A DNA stretch of 64,000 bases, taken from assembly GCF_021028975.2 (NCBI RefSeq), contig NC_059440.1, forward strand, positions 31,186,001 through 31,250,000. Reading direction: 5' to 3'. The first letter of the stretch is position 1. Each line of letters starts with the position of its first letter. Shown one piece after another: positions 40,763-52,266 of this stretch. Made by a program: the position numbers and the translations under genes. The DNA comes from Sphaerodactylus townsendi (taxonomy: Eukaryota). The notes below the pieces were generated by a model. The model made no database searches and had not been told where the DNA came from. It saw only the letters and a program-made list of their open reading frames with translations.

Positions 40763-41273
40763 CAGTGGTGGCGAACCTATGGCACGGGTGCCAGAGGTGG
40801 CACTCAGAGCCCTCTCTGTGGGCACGTGCAAACAGAGTGCCCCCCCCTCCATATCTAGGTTGGCCTGGGCCACTGGGCTCGATTATTAGCATTAAACCTA
40901 AGACCTAGTTTTGGGGAAGCAGTGTAAGTAATCCTGTTAAGCGCTGTGAAACCCTACTGATTTTCATGCGAAGTACTAAAGTGCGATCCTTTACCTGGGA
41001 GTAAGCTAGGTTGTTGGCAATGGGGCTTTCTTCTGAGTAAACCCTCCTAGGGTCATGATCCACCCGTTGGAAGAGTTGCACGGTTGTTTCAAAGCAAAGC
41101 CACCAACTACCACCAAGCTTACTCCTGAGTAACTCACGCCTTGGAGCCAACCATTTTTTCTAAACTAAAACTTCAGTATTCAGGTTGAATTGCTGTGTTG
41201 GCACTTTGCGATAAATAAGTGGGTTTTGGGTTGCAATTTAGGCACTCGGTCTCAAAAAGGTTCACCATCACTG
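40763..41273. mobile_element. Non-autonomous hAT transposon
   Basis: TIR CAGTGGTGGCGAACCT / AGGTTCACCATCACTG and perfect TSD TCCTATGC. Confidence 0.9.
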
Positions 41274-43611
41274 TCCTATGCTTTGGCTAAGCCTTTGGTG
41301 GCTGACTGAAGCAATGGGGGGGGGGGGGGGGGATGCAGTTTAGCAGGATTGCAGAGGTGTGAACAGGGAGTGAGCCTGAGCTCAGGCTCCGCTGGGGAGT
41401 CTCTTATCTGCACTTTCGAAGTGTGAGGTTTCGAAACTGCCTCCTAATCTGCGGGTGTTGACAGGCAACAGTTAAAATATGCTCCCTGCCCATTAGCTCC
41501 CTGAGTCTGCAGCGCAGAAGGACGCGCCTCTTGCCAGGCGCTGGGCACGGCTTCCAAGGGATTTCTGGGAAAGGGACATGAACACCACTCGAAGTAGGGG
41601 AAGAACTAATTTTGCCCTTCGTAACACATTGCTGGAGTGGGGGGGTGGGTGGGTGGGAAGCTGCAGGGCCCAGTCTGATCCTGGCAGATCTGGGAAGCTA
41701 AGCAGGGTTTATAGTTAGATGGGAAGACCACCAAGGAACACTGTGCAGAGGAAGGCCACGGCAAACCACTCCTCTGCTTCTCACTGGCCTCTGAAGCCCC
41801 TTGCTGGGGTCCTGTACCCTCCTGGGGGGCAACAAAATACCTGGCATCATGACTAGAAGCCAGCAGGCTTTGGATACAGTGGGACCCAGAGCGGCTGGCC
41901 ACCTCCCGTCCGCAACCACAATCTTGGCTGTTCCATTCACAAGCAGGGCTCTTTTTGCATGGGGGAGGACAGGCTGGGGGGCTCTGGCCAGCTCACACAG
42001 CTCAGTCCTCAGCCCAGCAACCCCTTGGCCTCCATCTCTGTCCATTCCCAAAGCCCTTCCCCGCCGGCTTCCTCTCCCCGCTGGGCTTCATTAGCGTCAG
42101 CTAAAGGTGACAAATGAGACTGACAAACCCAGTGCGGAACCCTTTGCCGTCCAACACTCCGACCTGGTATTAAGTTCCAGCGCAGACTCATGCTGAGCCA
42201 CAGATTCCTTGCCAGCAAAAGGAGAGGAGAAAGACTTCCTCCAGAGGGGTAGAAGCACAAAACCTGCAGCAACTGGGATCGGGGCCCTTGCAGAAAGCAG
42301 GAAAAGGACAAGTAGCGGAACCTCCTTTTATAGCTGCCAGTGTGCCATGAAGCATTATTTAAACAATTAAATGTCCTCTGGTTTCCAAAGCACTCACACA
42401 CAAAGAGTCTGCCTGCTGTGTCTCTGCATGCTGTGCTGCAACAGATGATCCTTGCCACAGAAACAGGGCAGACGTCCTCTTCCAGTCAGTCCCTACAATG
42501 CTGCCCTGATTTTCTATATCAGGAGCATTCAGCCAACTGTGCTGCAAAGAGGGCAAATGGACCATCCTCCAAGGAGGCTGTCTGTCATATCTCTGTTTGA
42601 ATTACAATGTTAGGCTTTCTACTTTTCAATCATATCCAGCCAGAGGAGGAGAAGAAGAGGACAAATTGGATTTTCTCACTGCTTTTCTCTACTGCGGGAA
42701 GTCTCAAAGCAGCTTACAAACTCGAGTCTCCTTCTTTGGAGGATTTTTAAGAGAGGCTGGATGGCTGTCTGTCAGGACATGGCAGGGGATTGGACTTGAT
42801 GGCCCTTTGGGGTCTCTTCCAACCCTAGGATTCTAATTCTTACTGTTATCTAAAAGTCCATCTCCTGGGGCATAAGAAAGCCACCTCTAGTTTCACTCTG
42901 AGTAAAAGTTGGTTCGGCCTGCAGCAATCTGAAAAATACACCTGTCTTGCCAACTAGCCTCTCATCTTTCCTAGCTGGACAGGTGAGCATTTGTCACCAT
43001 TAGAGCAGGGAGCTCCGCTGCTCCACTGTCTCTCCAGATACCTCATTGTGCCAGCCAGAGTAATGCCTCCCAACAGGGGCGCAGGTGGGGGGTGGTGTCT
43101 CCCCTCCTCAGCCACCCCCATCATCCCTGGCTCAGCTGCAGCAGGAGCTCTTTTCTTTGATGTTCATTTGGTGACCCCTTTCAAGCCCCTCTGGTCTCGC
43201 ATGAGTTACCACCACTTCAAAGGGCGCTGACGCCACTGCTGGGGCTGTCGTCAAGGCAGGGTCTCCTGTTTACTCCAGGAGTTGGCACTGGGCCCTCCCA
43301 GCCCTTATTATGGCACATTAACATTTTTGCTCGGGTGCCCAGACAGCCCCCCAACTGCTCCTGGGAGACACCAGGTCAGGGCTCAGCGTCACGCGCCTGC
43401 CTTTTGCTGTCTAATCACCCTCTGAAGTCACTCGCCGGATACCACCATGACAGGGATACCTTTGCCTTGCCTTCCCTGCTAGACATGTAACGGGCCCCGG
43501 TGCTGGGGGGCAGGGTCAGCTCTCAGCCGGAACAGGAGCTAAGAAAGGGGGCCAAACTCAGTTCTCTTCCATCGCACTGATGTGGACCTTCCAGTGCTTG
43601 AAACAATTCAC

Positions 43612-43950
43612 GAAGCCTTGCAACAACACCATAGGATAGGCCAGAATGATAGTCTTCACATTGATTCACTAAGTCTTGCAATATAACCCTATAGGGTAGG
43701 CCAGAATGATAGTCTTCACATTGATTCACTAAGTCTTGCAATATAACCCTATAGGGTAGGCCAGAATGATAGTCTTCACATTGATTCACTAAGTCTTGCG
43801 ATATAACCCTATAGGGTAGGCCAGAATGATAGTCTTCACATTGATTCACTTGCAATAACCCTATAGGGTAGGCCAGAATGGTAGTCTTCACATAGTTTTA
43901 CTAAGTCTTGCAATAACCCTATAGGGCAGGCCAGAATTATAATCTCCACA
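43612..43950. repeat. 60-bp minisatellite, about 5.5 copies
   Basis: Unit ATAGGGTAGGCCAGAATGATAGTCTTCACATTGATTCACTAAGTCTTGCAATATAACCCT starting at 43631, 43691, 43751, 43811 (shortened), 43863, 43921 (partial). Confidence 0.95.
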
Positions 43951-44580
43951 GGGCAGATGCAGAAGCTGAGAGATTAACTTGATTAAAGCCCCCTAGCAAG
44001 TCCATGGCAGAGATAAGATCTGGCCCCAGATCCCAGCTTGTTTTCATCTAGATGCCCCCCCCCCCCCCCCGAGCTACATAAATCACCCAACTCTCTTGCA
44101 GCATTTCTTGGGGAGATTTTTTCCTCGCCCTCAAAAGAAATAGTATGTGAGTTTACAAAACAGGTTTTCTCGCTCCCAAAGCATTGGGACTTGGTGGTTA
44201 AGCACCGGAACTACAGTAGGGGACACGTCTCCCTGGGGTGGCCTCCTAAGACATTGTGAAAAATTCATTGACATGTTTCTGATGCTCATGCCAGGCCCCG
44301 ACAGCTAGGCCTAATTAGCGGGCAGAGTGTCTGTCCCCCGCTAGGCGCCTTGGTTTCCCAAGGAGTGCTGAATTAGATTGTGCTGCATGTGATGCCACAA
44401 TTGTCAGGGAATGCAGGAAAAGGGCATGATGTGACGGCTCTGGATGCTGAATTCAGCTTCCTGGAGAATCTCCATTTCTCTTTCTAAAAAGCAAGAAATA
44501 TATGCTTAGAAGCATTTATTTGTGTGCTCGTTACACTGCCTCTTAGCTGAAGTTCCCAAGACATTTTCACACAAAGTTTA

Positions 44581-44880
44581 AGTCAGTGGTGGGGTAGAGG
44601 TTAAGAGCAGGTGCACTCTAATCTGGAGAACCGGGTTTGATTCCCCGCTCTACCACGTGAGCTGCGGAGGCTTATCTGGTGAACTAGATTAGCTTGTGCA
44701 CTTTAACCATGCCAGCTGGGTGACCTTGGGCTAGTCACAATTCTTCGGAGGTCTCTCAGCCCCACCTACCTCACAGGGTGTTTGTTGTGAGGCGGGAAGG
44801 GAAAGGAGATTGTGAGCCCCTTTGAGTCTTCTTACAGGAGAGAAAAGGGGGGATATAAATCCAAACTACTCCTCCTCCCT
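44581..44880 (+). mobile_element. tRNA-derived SINE (squamate, Squam3-like)
   Basis: A-box/B-box-like head (GGTTTGATTCCC), CTGGGTGACCTTGGGC core, simple-repeat tail. Other copies ~3243-3475 (-), ~5640-5920 (-), ~52240-52530 (-), ~56540-56650 (-), ~59210-59938 (+). Confidence 0.75.
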
Positions 44881-46092
44881 CTTGCCTCCCAGTCATATTT
44901 GTAGGCCCTCCTGGGAGCAACCACTTGGCCACTGCATGAAACAGGATGCAGGATTGAGGGGTCCGTTGATCTGATGCAACACACTGGCTTTTATGCTCTC
45001 TTATAAACCATCTATAGAATACCAATTCTTGCCAAATGCCCGGAAGGTCAAATGTATCTCCCGCAGATGCCTGACACTCAACAGAGCAAACACCAAAAAA
45101 ACCTGGGGAGTTGTGGTTTTCTGGGTTGTATGGCTGTGTTCCAATAGCATTTTCTCCTGACGTTTCACCTGCAAAAATGCTACTGGAACACGGCCATACA
45201 ACCTGGAAAACCCACAACACCCCAGTGATTCCGGCCGTGAAAGCCTTCGACAATACCAAGAAAAACTATCACAAGGAGGGAGCTCGATACCACCGCAGAG
45301 TATTGTTGAGAACCAGTCTCACAGATTGACAGGTGGAACCACAGAGTCCAAGCATAGAGGTAGGTGGGCAAAGTCTGGCAAACACCCCTGGAGCAGCTGC
45401 CTTGCCAAAAAAGCAGAAAAGAATCTTGTGGCACCTTAGAGGCCACCCAGCCCATTGAAGCAGAAGCTACCGGGGTCTGGAGCCCACTTGGTCTAAATCA
45501 CAGTTGAGTCCATTCCTCTGGAAAATACTATACACAGTTGTTGGCCCTAGAAAAATAAACTGTACAATAGCTTCAGTTCTTCATCACCTGTCTTTTGACT
45601 TAGGATGAGAAGGTGAATCTCCCTTGGCAGATCTCCAACTGCCCCCATCTTGCCATCTCAGATTTGCCACAGCAGAGAAGCCTTGACCCTATTTCCTGTT
45701 CCCACCCAGTTGCAATGTTTCTCTGTGGGTTCTGGCTCCCCCGCACCCTTCACCATCCAGGTAGATTTTGCAAGCCAGTTAAGTAGCTGAGAACTCCCTG
45801 AAAGCGACAGCTCCTAGGAGTGCCAAGCAAACAGACTGCAGCAATTTCCAGATCAAGGGCATGAAAGAGATCGCCGGCGTCTGCCAAGACCAAAACTGCT
45901 CTTTTCATGCCCAGCCAGCGCACAGCAGAAAAAAAATCCCACCTGCAGAGAGAGTGCAAGAGCTCGCGCAAATGTTCGCAGAGATGCTCAATTAATTCCT
46001 CCTCTTCCATGACAAGGGAGGAGACCCTCTTGGACCAATCCTTGGGCATCTTTCTGGAGTTTGGGGGTGGACTTGGGAGGAATCGAGGGAGA

Positions 46093-46099
46093 TATAAAA
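46093..46099 (+). promoter_or_regulatory. TATA box of the CNP3-like gene
   Basis: TATAAAA about 90 nt upstream of the ATG at 46185; CCAAT at ~46035. Confidence 0.65.
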
Positions 46100-46184
46100 A
46101 GCTGGGAGAGGAAACAGCCCGTTCACCTCATCTCAGGAAAGCATATCTGAGACCCCCTCTGCCCTTCTTGCTAGCAGCTCAGCG

Positions 46185-49100
46185 ATGAACCCCAAACTCA
46201 TCTGCTCCGGCTGGTTTCTGCTGATTCTGCTTCTCACACACGACCAAGGAAGGGCCAAACCCATGACCAACGTACAGGTAAGAGACCCCGTCAGATTTCC
46301 CTAGACAGGATGGAGGCACTGTTGGAATGTTACCCATTTATATCCATAGCACTACAGAGAGCATCTGACAGGAAGAAAATGACTGAGGGAAATGTCATGT
46401 TGGAGAAGAGTGTTGGGGATGCTGTGGAGACCCCAAAAGACACGCAGATGTGCGTGGGGGGGGGGGGTGTAGATCAAACCAAGCCTGAACTTTCCCTAGA
46501 AACTAAAATGACTAAATTAAGATTATCAAACTGCGGTCACACCATGAGAAGGCAAGACTCACTGGAAAAGACAATAATGCTAGAAAAACTTGAAGGCAGA
46601 GGGATAAGAGTAAGACCCAACGTGCATTGGTCTGGCAGGGTCTGCAATCTGTGGCTCTCCAGATGTTCATGAACTACAATTCCCATCAGCCCCTGCCAGC
46701 ATGGCCAATCGGCATATACTTTCCCAGTCATCCACAGACTTTGGAAGAACTAATTTTAAAAATCTCTCCTTGCTTCCCAACCACTCCAACTCACCCCTTT
46801 TGGCCACTAAGGTTGTGGATTCAATCCAATCTCAAAGCCCCAGGGGTCTGCAACCTGCAGCTCTCCAGATGTTCATGGACTAATTGGCCATGCTGGCAGG
46901 GGCTGATGGGAATTGTAGTTCATGAACATCTGGAGAGCCACAGGTTGCAGACCCCAGCCTCTGGCCTAATAAAAGATGTCATGACTCTCACTTTGCATGG
47001 CTGTTAATGACAGGGCACTTTGGAAGCTGTTAACTCCTAGGGTCTCCATGTGCTGGAAGCAACTTGGGGGTACTTAACACACACACAGAGCAGGAAGGGG
47101 GCTTGGAGATCATCTAGTCCAACTTTCTGCCCCTTGCAGGAATGTGCAACTATGCACCTCTGGTCAATGGCCACCCACAGCCTCTACTTCAAGCTCTCCC
47201 ATGCAGGGAAGTCCACCTCCTCCTGGGGCAGGTTGTTGCATTGCTGGACAGCTCTTTTCTCCAAGAAGATAGTTCCTGGCAGGTCCGCAGAAGGAGAGCT
47301 AGATTTGAGTCCAGTAAGTCAAGATGTTCAGGGTCTTAGCACTGGAGAGTTAATGCTCCCTCTTAAAACATCTTGACAGCTTTGGCTCTTGAAAGCTCAT
47401 AGCCCAAAAATGCTGTTGGGATCTAAGAGGCTCCTGGGCTTGAATCTGACTCTTCTTCCAATAAGTTTCCCGAATATTTAGGCTAGATCTCCTCTGATGC
47501 CAGAGAGCAGCAGGGTCCTGCCTAGTTCTCCTAGTACAGGGGTAGGGAACCTGCGGCTCTCCAGATGTTCAGGAACTACAATTCCCATCAGCCCCTACTA
47601 GCATGGCCAATTGGCCATGCTGACAGAGGCTGATGGGAATTGTAGTTCCTGAACATCTGGAGAGCCGCAGGTTCCCTACCCCTGTCCTAGTAGAATTCCT
47701 GGCAGTCCAGTATATCTGGACATTGTAGCTTTGGACAGAAAATAGCTATGAGTTGTCGAAGGCTTTCATGGCCGGAGTCACTTGGGTGCTGTGTGGTTTC
47801 CGGGCTGTATGGCCGTGTTCTAGCAGCATTCTCTCCTGATCCTCTGAAGATGCCAGCCATAGATGCAGGTGAAATGTCAGGAGAGAATGCTGCTAGAACA
47901 CGGCCATACAGCCCAGAAACCACACAGCACCCAAATAGCTATGAGGTTGGATCCTGCCCATCAGCCCTGCGAATGATGTTAGAGGAAAGCCCCACTGTTA
48001 TTGCAACAGATCTATGGATCCATCCCACAGGCCTTGGCTTAGAAGGAATGGAAGAAATTAAGAGAGAAGAAGTATCTTATCAACTGTTATCTCAATGGAC
48101 CCTCCATGTTCAAAGGCAGCATACCTCCAAACATCAGTTGATGGAGAAGTCAGCCACAGCGCCATCGTTCTGCTTGTGATTGACAGCTGTGGGAGACAGG
48201 GTGGCAGGCTTGGTGGTCGTTTGGGCTAACCCCACACAGCTTTTGGGGCACATTGAGTTTTTAGGGGAGTTTTTAGGGAGTAGCAACTATTTGGGACTAT
48301 GGAAGAGAGGGGACAGCAGCCAGGGATTAGATACGTGGCTGGTGGAGTAGAAGGCCATGCCAGCTCTTGTCTTCTCGGAGGTAGCCATGAACAGATGATG
48401 GAGATGATGCCAGCTTCAGGTTGGGAAATACCTGCAGATGTTGGGGGTAGAGACAGAGGATGATGAGGGAAGGTGGAGTATATAATGCCACAGAATCCAC
48501 CTTCCAAAGCAGCCGTTTTCATCCAGGCAAAGTGGCATCTCCAGCCACTACCTGGAGGTTGGCAACTACAGATTGAGGAAGAGAGATTTGCAAATAGGTT
48601 CACTCCAGACAATTGAACTGTGGGGCAGCCAGCCTCAGTTTCCCCTTCTGTAAAATAGGGTGACTTCACACGGGAGTCCTTGCTTTCTGGTCTTTAGGGA
48701 TCCGATTGTAAAACTGGCTTTAGGAGATTCTTATTTCTTTAAAAAATGTATTCTGTCTTTTTAGAGGGCAAATAAAATGTTCTCCCTCGGTTATGAAGCA
48801 TTGCTTATTTATTATTATTGCTTTTATTATTTATTTATTTATTATTTGTTATTATTATTGCTAACAATCACATCAATAATAGCAATCATTAGCCAGACTG
48901 CACCATGAATACCAGAATTATGCAAGTGACCCACAATTAGCAAGCTGTGATAGAAAATAACTGGGGTGGGGGTGTCTTTCTCCCCCCCCTCTCTTTCAGG
49001 CTTTGTCTAAATTGTTAGAAGAGGACCTAGGGCACCCGCTGGGGTCTGAGGAATCGGAGCAGGATGAGACCCTCCTCACAGGGGGCGTGGAGCAACGAGA

Positions 49101-49293
49101 CACTCCTTTCCCCTGGTCCAGAACCCTCCCGGAGGGGACCTCCTCCGTTTCAGAAAGTGCCTTCCAGCGGCTTTTCAGCGATCTTCTGGGCTCCTCGCGT
49201 AGCTTCCGGGGCAGGAGCAAAAAGGGTCTCTCCAGGGGCTGCTTTGGTGTCAAACTGGACCGAATCGGGGCCCTGAGCGGGCTGGGATGCTGA
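46185..49293 (+). CDS. C-type natriuretic peptide precursor, CNP3 type
   Basis: Exon 1 46185-46277 (signal peptide [31 protein letters not shown], donor GTAAG) and exon 2 49000-49293 ending [24 protein letters not shown]. No tail after the second Cys, as in CNPs. Location in the BNP cluster indicates CNP3 rather than mammalian NPPC (CNP4). Donor 15 nt after the stop (49309) implies a non-coding exon 3, candidate acceptor at 50343. Confidence 0.9.
47537..47684. mobile_element. Near-perfect palindromic hAT MITE in CNP3 intron 1
   Basis: 148-bp hairpin, TIR CAGGGGTAGGGAACCT, perfect TSD TCCTAGTA. Related copies at ~39151-39270 and ~46636-46957. Confidence 0.9.
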
Positions 49294-50062
49294 GCAGTCA
49301 AGACGAGGGTAAGACAGAGACAACCTGGGTGCCCTCCGTGCACGCCACCATAGATGATGATTGGTGTGAGTGTGAAATTTTATCAGTCAAATACTTCCAG
49401 CTCCTGACACTGTGCTGGGGGAGAGGCAGGCATCTGCCACACATCAGTAATTTCCTAAACAGCGTGAAAATCACAGCTGGGCCACATCAGAGTTCTTTCC
49501 TCTGCATGACTCACTGGCGATCTCTGACTAATTAGCCTCTGGAGTGGTGGAGAGTGGGCTACGAGCCGACAAGTCATTTCTGACTTATGGACAGCCTATA
49601 AGTTAATGACCTCCAAAATATCCTATTTTGCTCAGGTCTCAGTGGTGGGCTGGGGATGGGTAGTTCTGCTACAGCATTAAGCGATGCAAACCACTCCAGT
49701 AGGGTTACCTGTCTTCAGGGAGGCTGCCTGTTGTATCTCTGTGTTGGTGGCTAGAAGAGTGACTCGCGCGGAAGCAAAAAGATGGTCTTTGACTCATATG
49801 CACCATAAAATAAACCTTCCTAGGTGCAGGAGGGAGGCACGCCTCCTAATCCTGATTAAGATGTAGCAAAATGCTCATCTAACGTGACTGACCTGAGTCA
49901 GTTCTTTCGCACATGGTTTTATTTCTTAATTCAGGTTATTAATCTTGTGAGCTGGTAATAGAAGGTGGGATATAAAGAGCGGGGGGGATACGACCAAGGA
50001 GGGATACAGAACCTGTGGATGAACCAACCTTGTCTTGCAGCTAAGTTTGTGTGTAAGGCAAT

Positions 50063-51471
50063 GAGAGTGGTCAACAAATTCAATAAATAAATAATAGATA
50101 ATACAAATGATAGCTCAATAGAACCTCAATATACAAGGGCAATGTACCCTTGTGGGATACTGGAAGTAAACAAATACTGGAATGCAGGATACTGGAAGTA
50201 AACAATAGCAGAAGGCTATCTGCTTGAGAAATAACTATGAGCATCTGGGGGCACATCTGGATGTAGACTGATAGATTAGATCAACTTTGGTGTAATCTAG
50301 GGGTTTTTCCCATAGTTTAATCTGGGTTTGCTTCCATTTGCAGGCCATGGGCCCCTCAGGCTTTCCAGTGAGACCATCAACCCCGTCCCGCTCCAGACCC
50401 CTCATTCAGCCCCAGCCAATGACGCCTCGTCAAACAGACTTCTTGCAGTCCTGACTCCAAATATCACTGGACCTTGAGCTGCTCATTCACGCATGCCTGC
50501 CAAAGATACAGCAGAAGTATTTTTTTTCCACTCGATCCATGTTTGGAACAGGGCAGAGATGACGACTTACTTAAATAAGAAGTTGGCAGATTCTTGGGAA
50601 ATCCACACACGTGTCAGCCACGGTTGAGGGCAGTGGTGGTATTATATCCAGCTGGCCTCCTTTTTCCTTTCCCCTCCACCGCTGTTTCTTGTTATGGGGT
50701 GCTTTAGTTTGCTCCTTCCCTCCCTTGGTTTATGTATAAGGAAGGGTGCCATAAAGTCAGATTGGATATGATGAAGTTGCTTTATTGTACACATACATGT
50801 GTGTGAACCACTCTGAGCCAGAGGTGGGATCCAGCAGGCTCTCACAGGTTCCCAAGAGTAGGTTACTAATTATTTGTGTGTGCCGTGAGGGGGTTATTAA
50901 TTAGTGATTTTGCCACATGATTTTTCCCCTCCTCTCAGCAGTAGCGCACAGAACTTGAAGCAGTCTAGCAGGAGGTGCACCGGCGTGCGTGGCAGCCTGC
51001 GCCTGTGTGCATTTGTTTCCCGCCCAAGGACCGGTGCAGCGGCTGCGTCCTTGCCACAGTCCCGCCCAGGAATGCCCCACCCCTGGAATACCCGGCTACG
51101 CCCCCGTCATGCCCCGCCCAGCCCCATTGGCACTACGCCAGAGTTTGAATCCCACCACCATGGGAACCTGGTACTAAAAATTTTGGATCCCACCACTGCT
51201 CTGAGCCTGTTTCAATGAGGGAGAGTGGTCAACAAATCCAATAAATAAATAATAGATAATACAAATGATAGCTCAATAGAACCTCCATATACAAGGGCAA
51301 TGTACCCTTGCGGGATACTGGAAGTAAACAAATACTGGAATGCGGGATACTGCAAGTAAACATTAGCAGAAGGCTATCTCTCTGCTTGAGAAATAACTAT
51401 GAGCATCTGGGGGCACATCTGGATGTAGACTGATAGATTAGATCAATTTTGGTGTAATCTAGGGGGTTTTC
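50063..51471. repeat. Direct repeat pair of ~250 bp (50063-50309 and 51221-51471)
   Basis: Two copies with only scattered differences, about 0.9 kb apart. Confidence 0.9.
50819..51198. mobile_element. Non-autonomous hAT transposon
   Basis: TIR CAGAGGTGGGATCC / GGATCCCACCACTG and perfect TSD CTCTGAGC. Confidence 0.9.
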
Positions 51472-52185
51472 AAAACAGTTCAGCAGCAGTAATCAAATGC
51501 TGACTGGCCCAGAGGGATCAGGGGACATTCACGCAAGCAGCAACTGACTCTGTGAAACAGGCCGTGGACTCTTCCCCTATTCCTTTTTGATAGCAATGTA
51601 TTAATTTATCAGAAAATTATATCCATTTTCATCCTGTGTCCCCTTTATGTGTAATGAATATTTGTGCCAATCACTCCATGCTAATTATTATGGAATAAAT
51701 TGGTTTTCATAATTTGTCCAATTAATTTTCAGATTGGTACTGTGGTTTTTTTTGGGGGGGGGGTGGTGGTCCTATCTATCTGGGTTTTTTAAATTCACTT
51801 AATGCTTCAATAAATTGCCTTCAATAAATTGCATAAAATATTGACGAAAGATCTACTAGTCCAAAACACGGCAACAAGAGTGTTATGATGCCGAGATTGA
51901 TTAATCCCTGTATGACATATCTGTAGCTGGTTTTTATTCATCACAATACCAAATGCCCTTTTCAACCCTGAGAGGCTGGCATGGCCCCTGGGAGCAGCAT
52001 ACTGGAAGGTCTGTCTGTCTCCTCCTGTTTAATTTGCCTTCTGCTAAGGTCATTGGGTGACGGCCCTCCCCTAGTGCCCCCCTGCCATCTGAAATGTGGT
52101 AGGGGTAGAGTTGCCAACCTCCTGGTGGTAACTGGAGATATTCCGGGATTACAATCATAGCTTGAAAATGGGCTTTCAGTACCAG

Positions 52186-52266
52186 GAAGCAGAGAAGCAG
52201 AAGCAGAAGCAGAAGAAGCAGAAGCAGAAGCAGAAGCAGAAGAAGGAGGAGGAGGAGGAGGAGGAG
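52186..52266. repeat. (GCAGAA)n/(GGA)n simple repeat, tail of a minus-strand SINE
   Basis: Directly visible; abuts the SINE 3' end. Confidence 0.9.

Noticed and set aside
43612-43950. CRISPR-like array
   Set aside because: Tandem units with no unique spacers, in vertebrate DNA.
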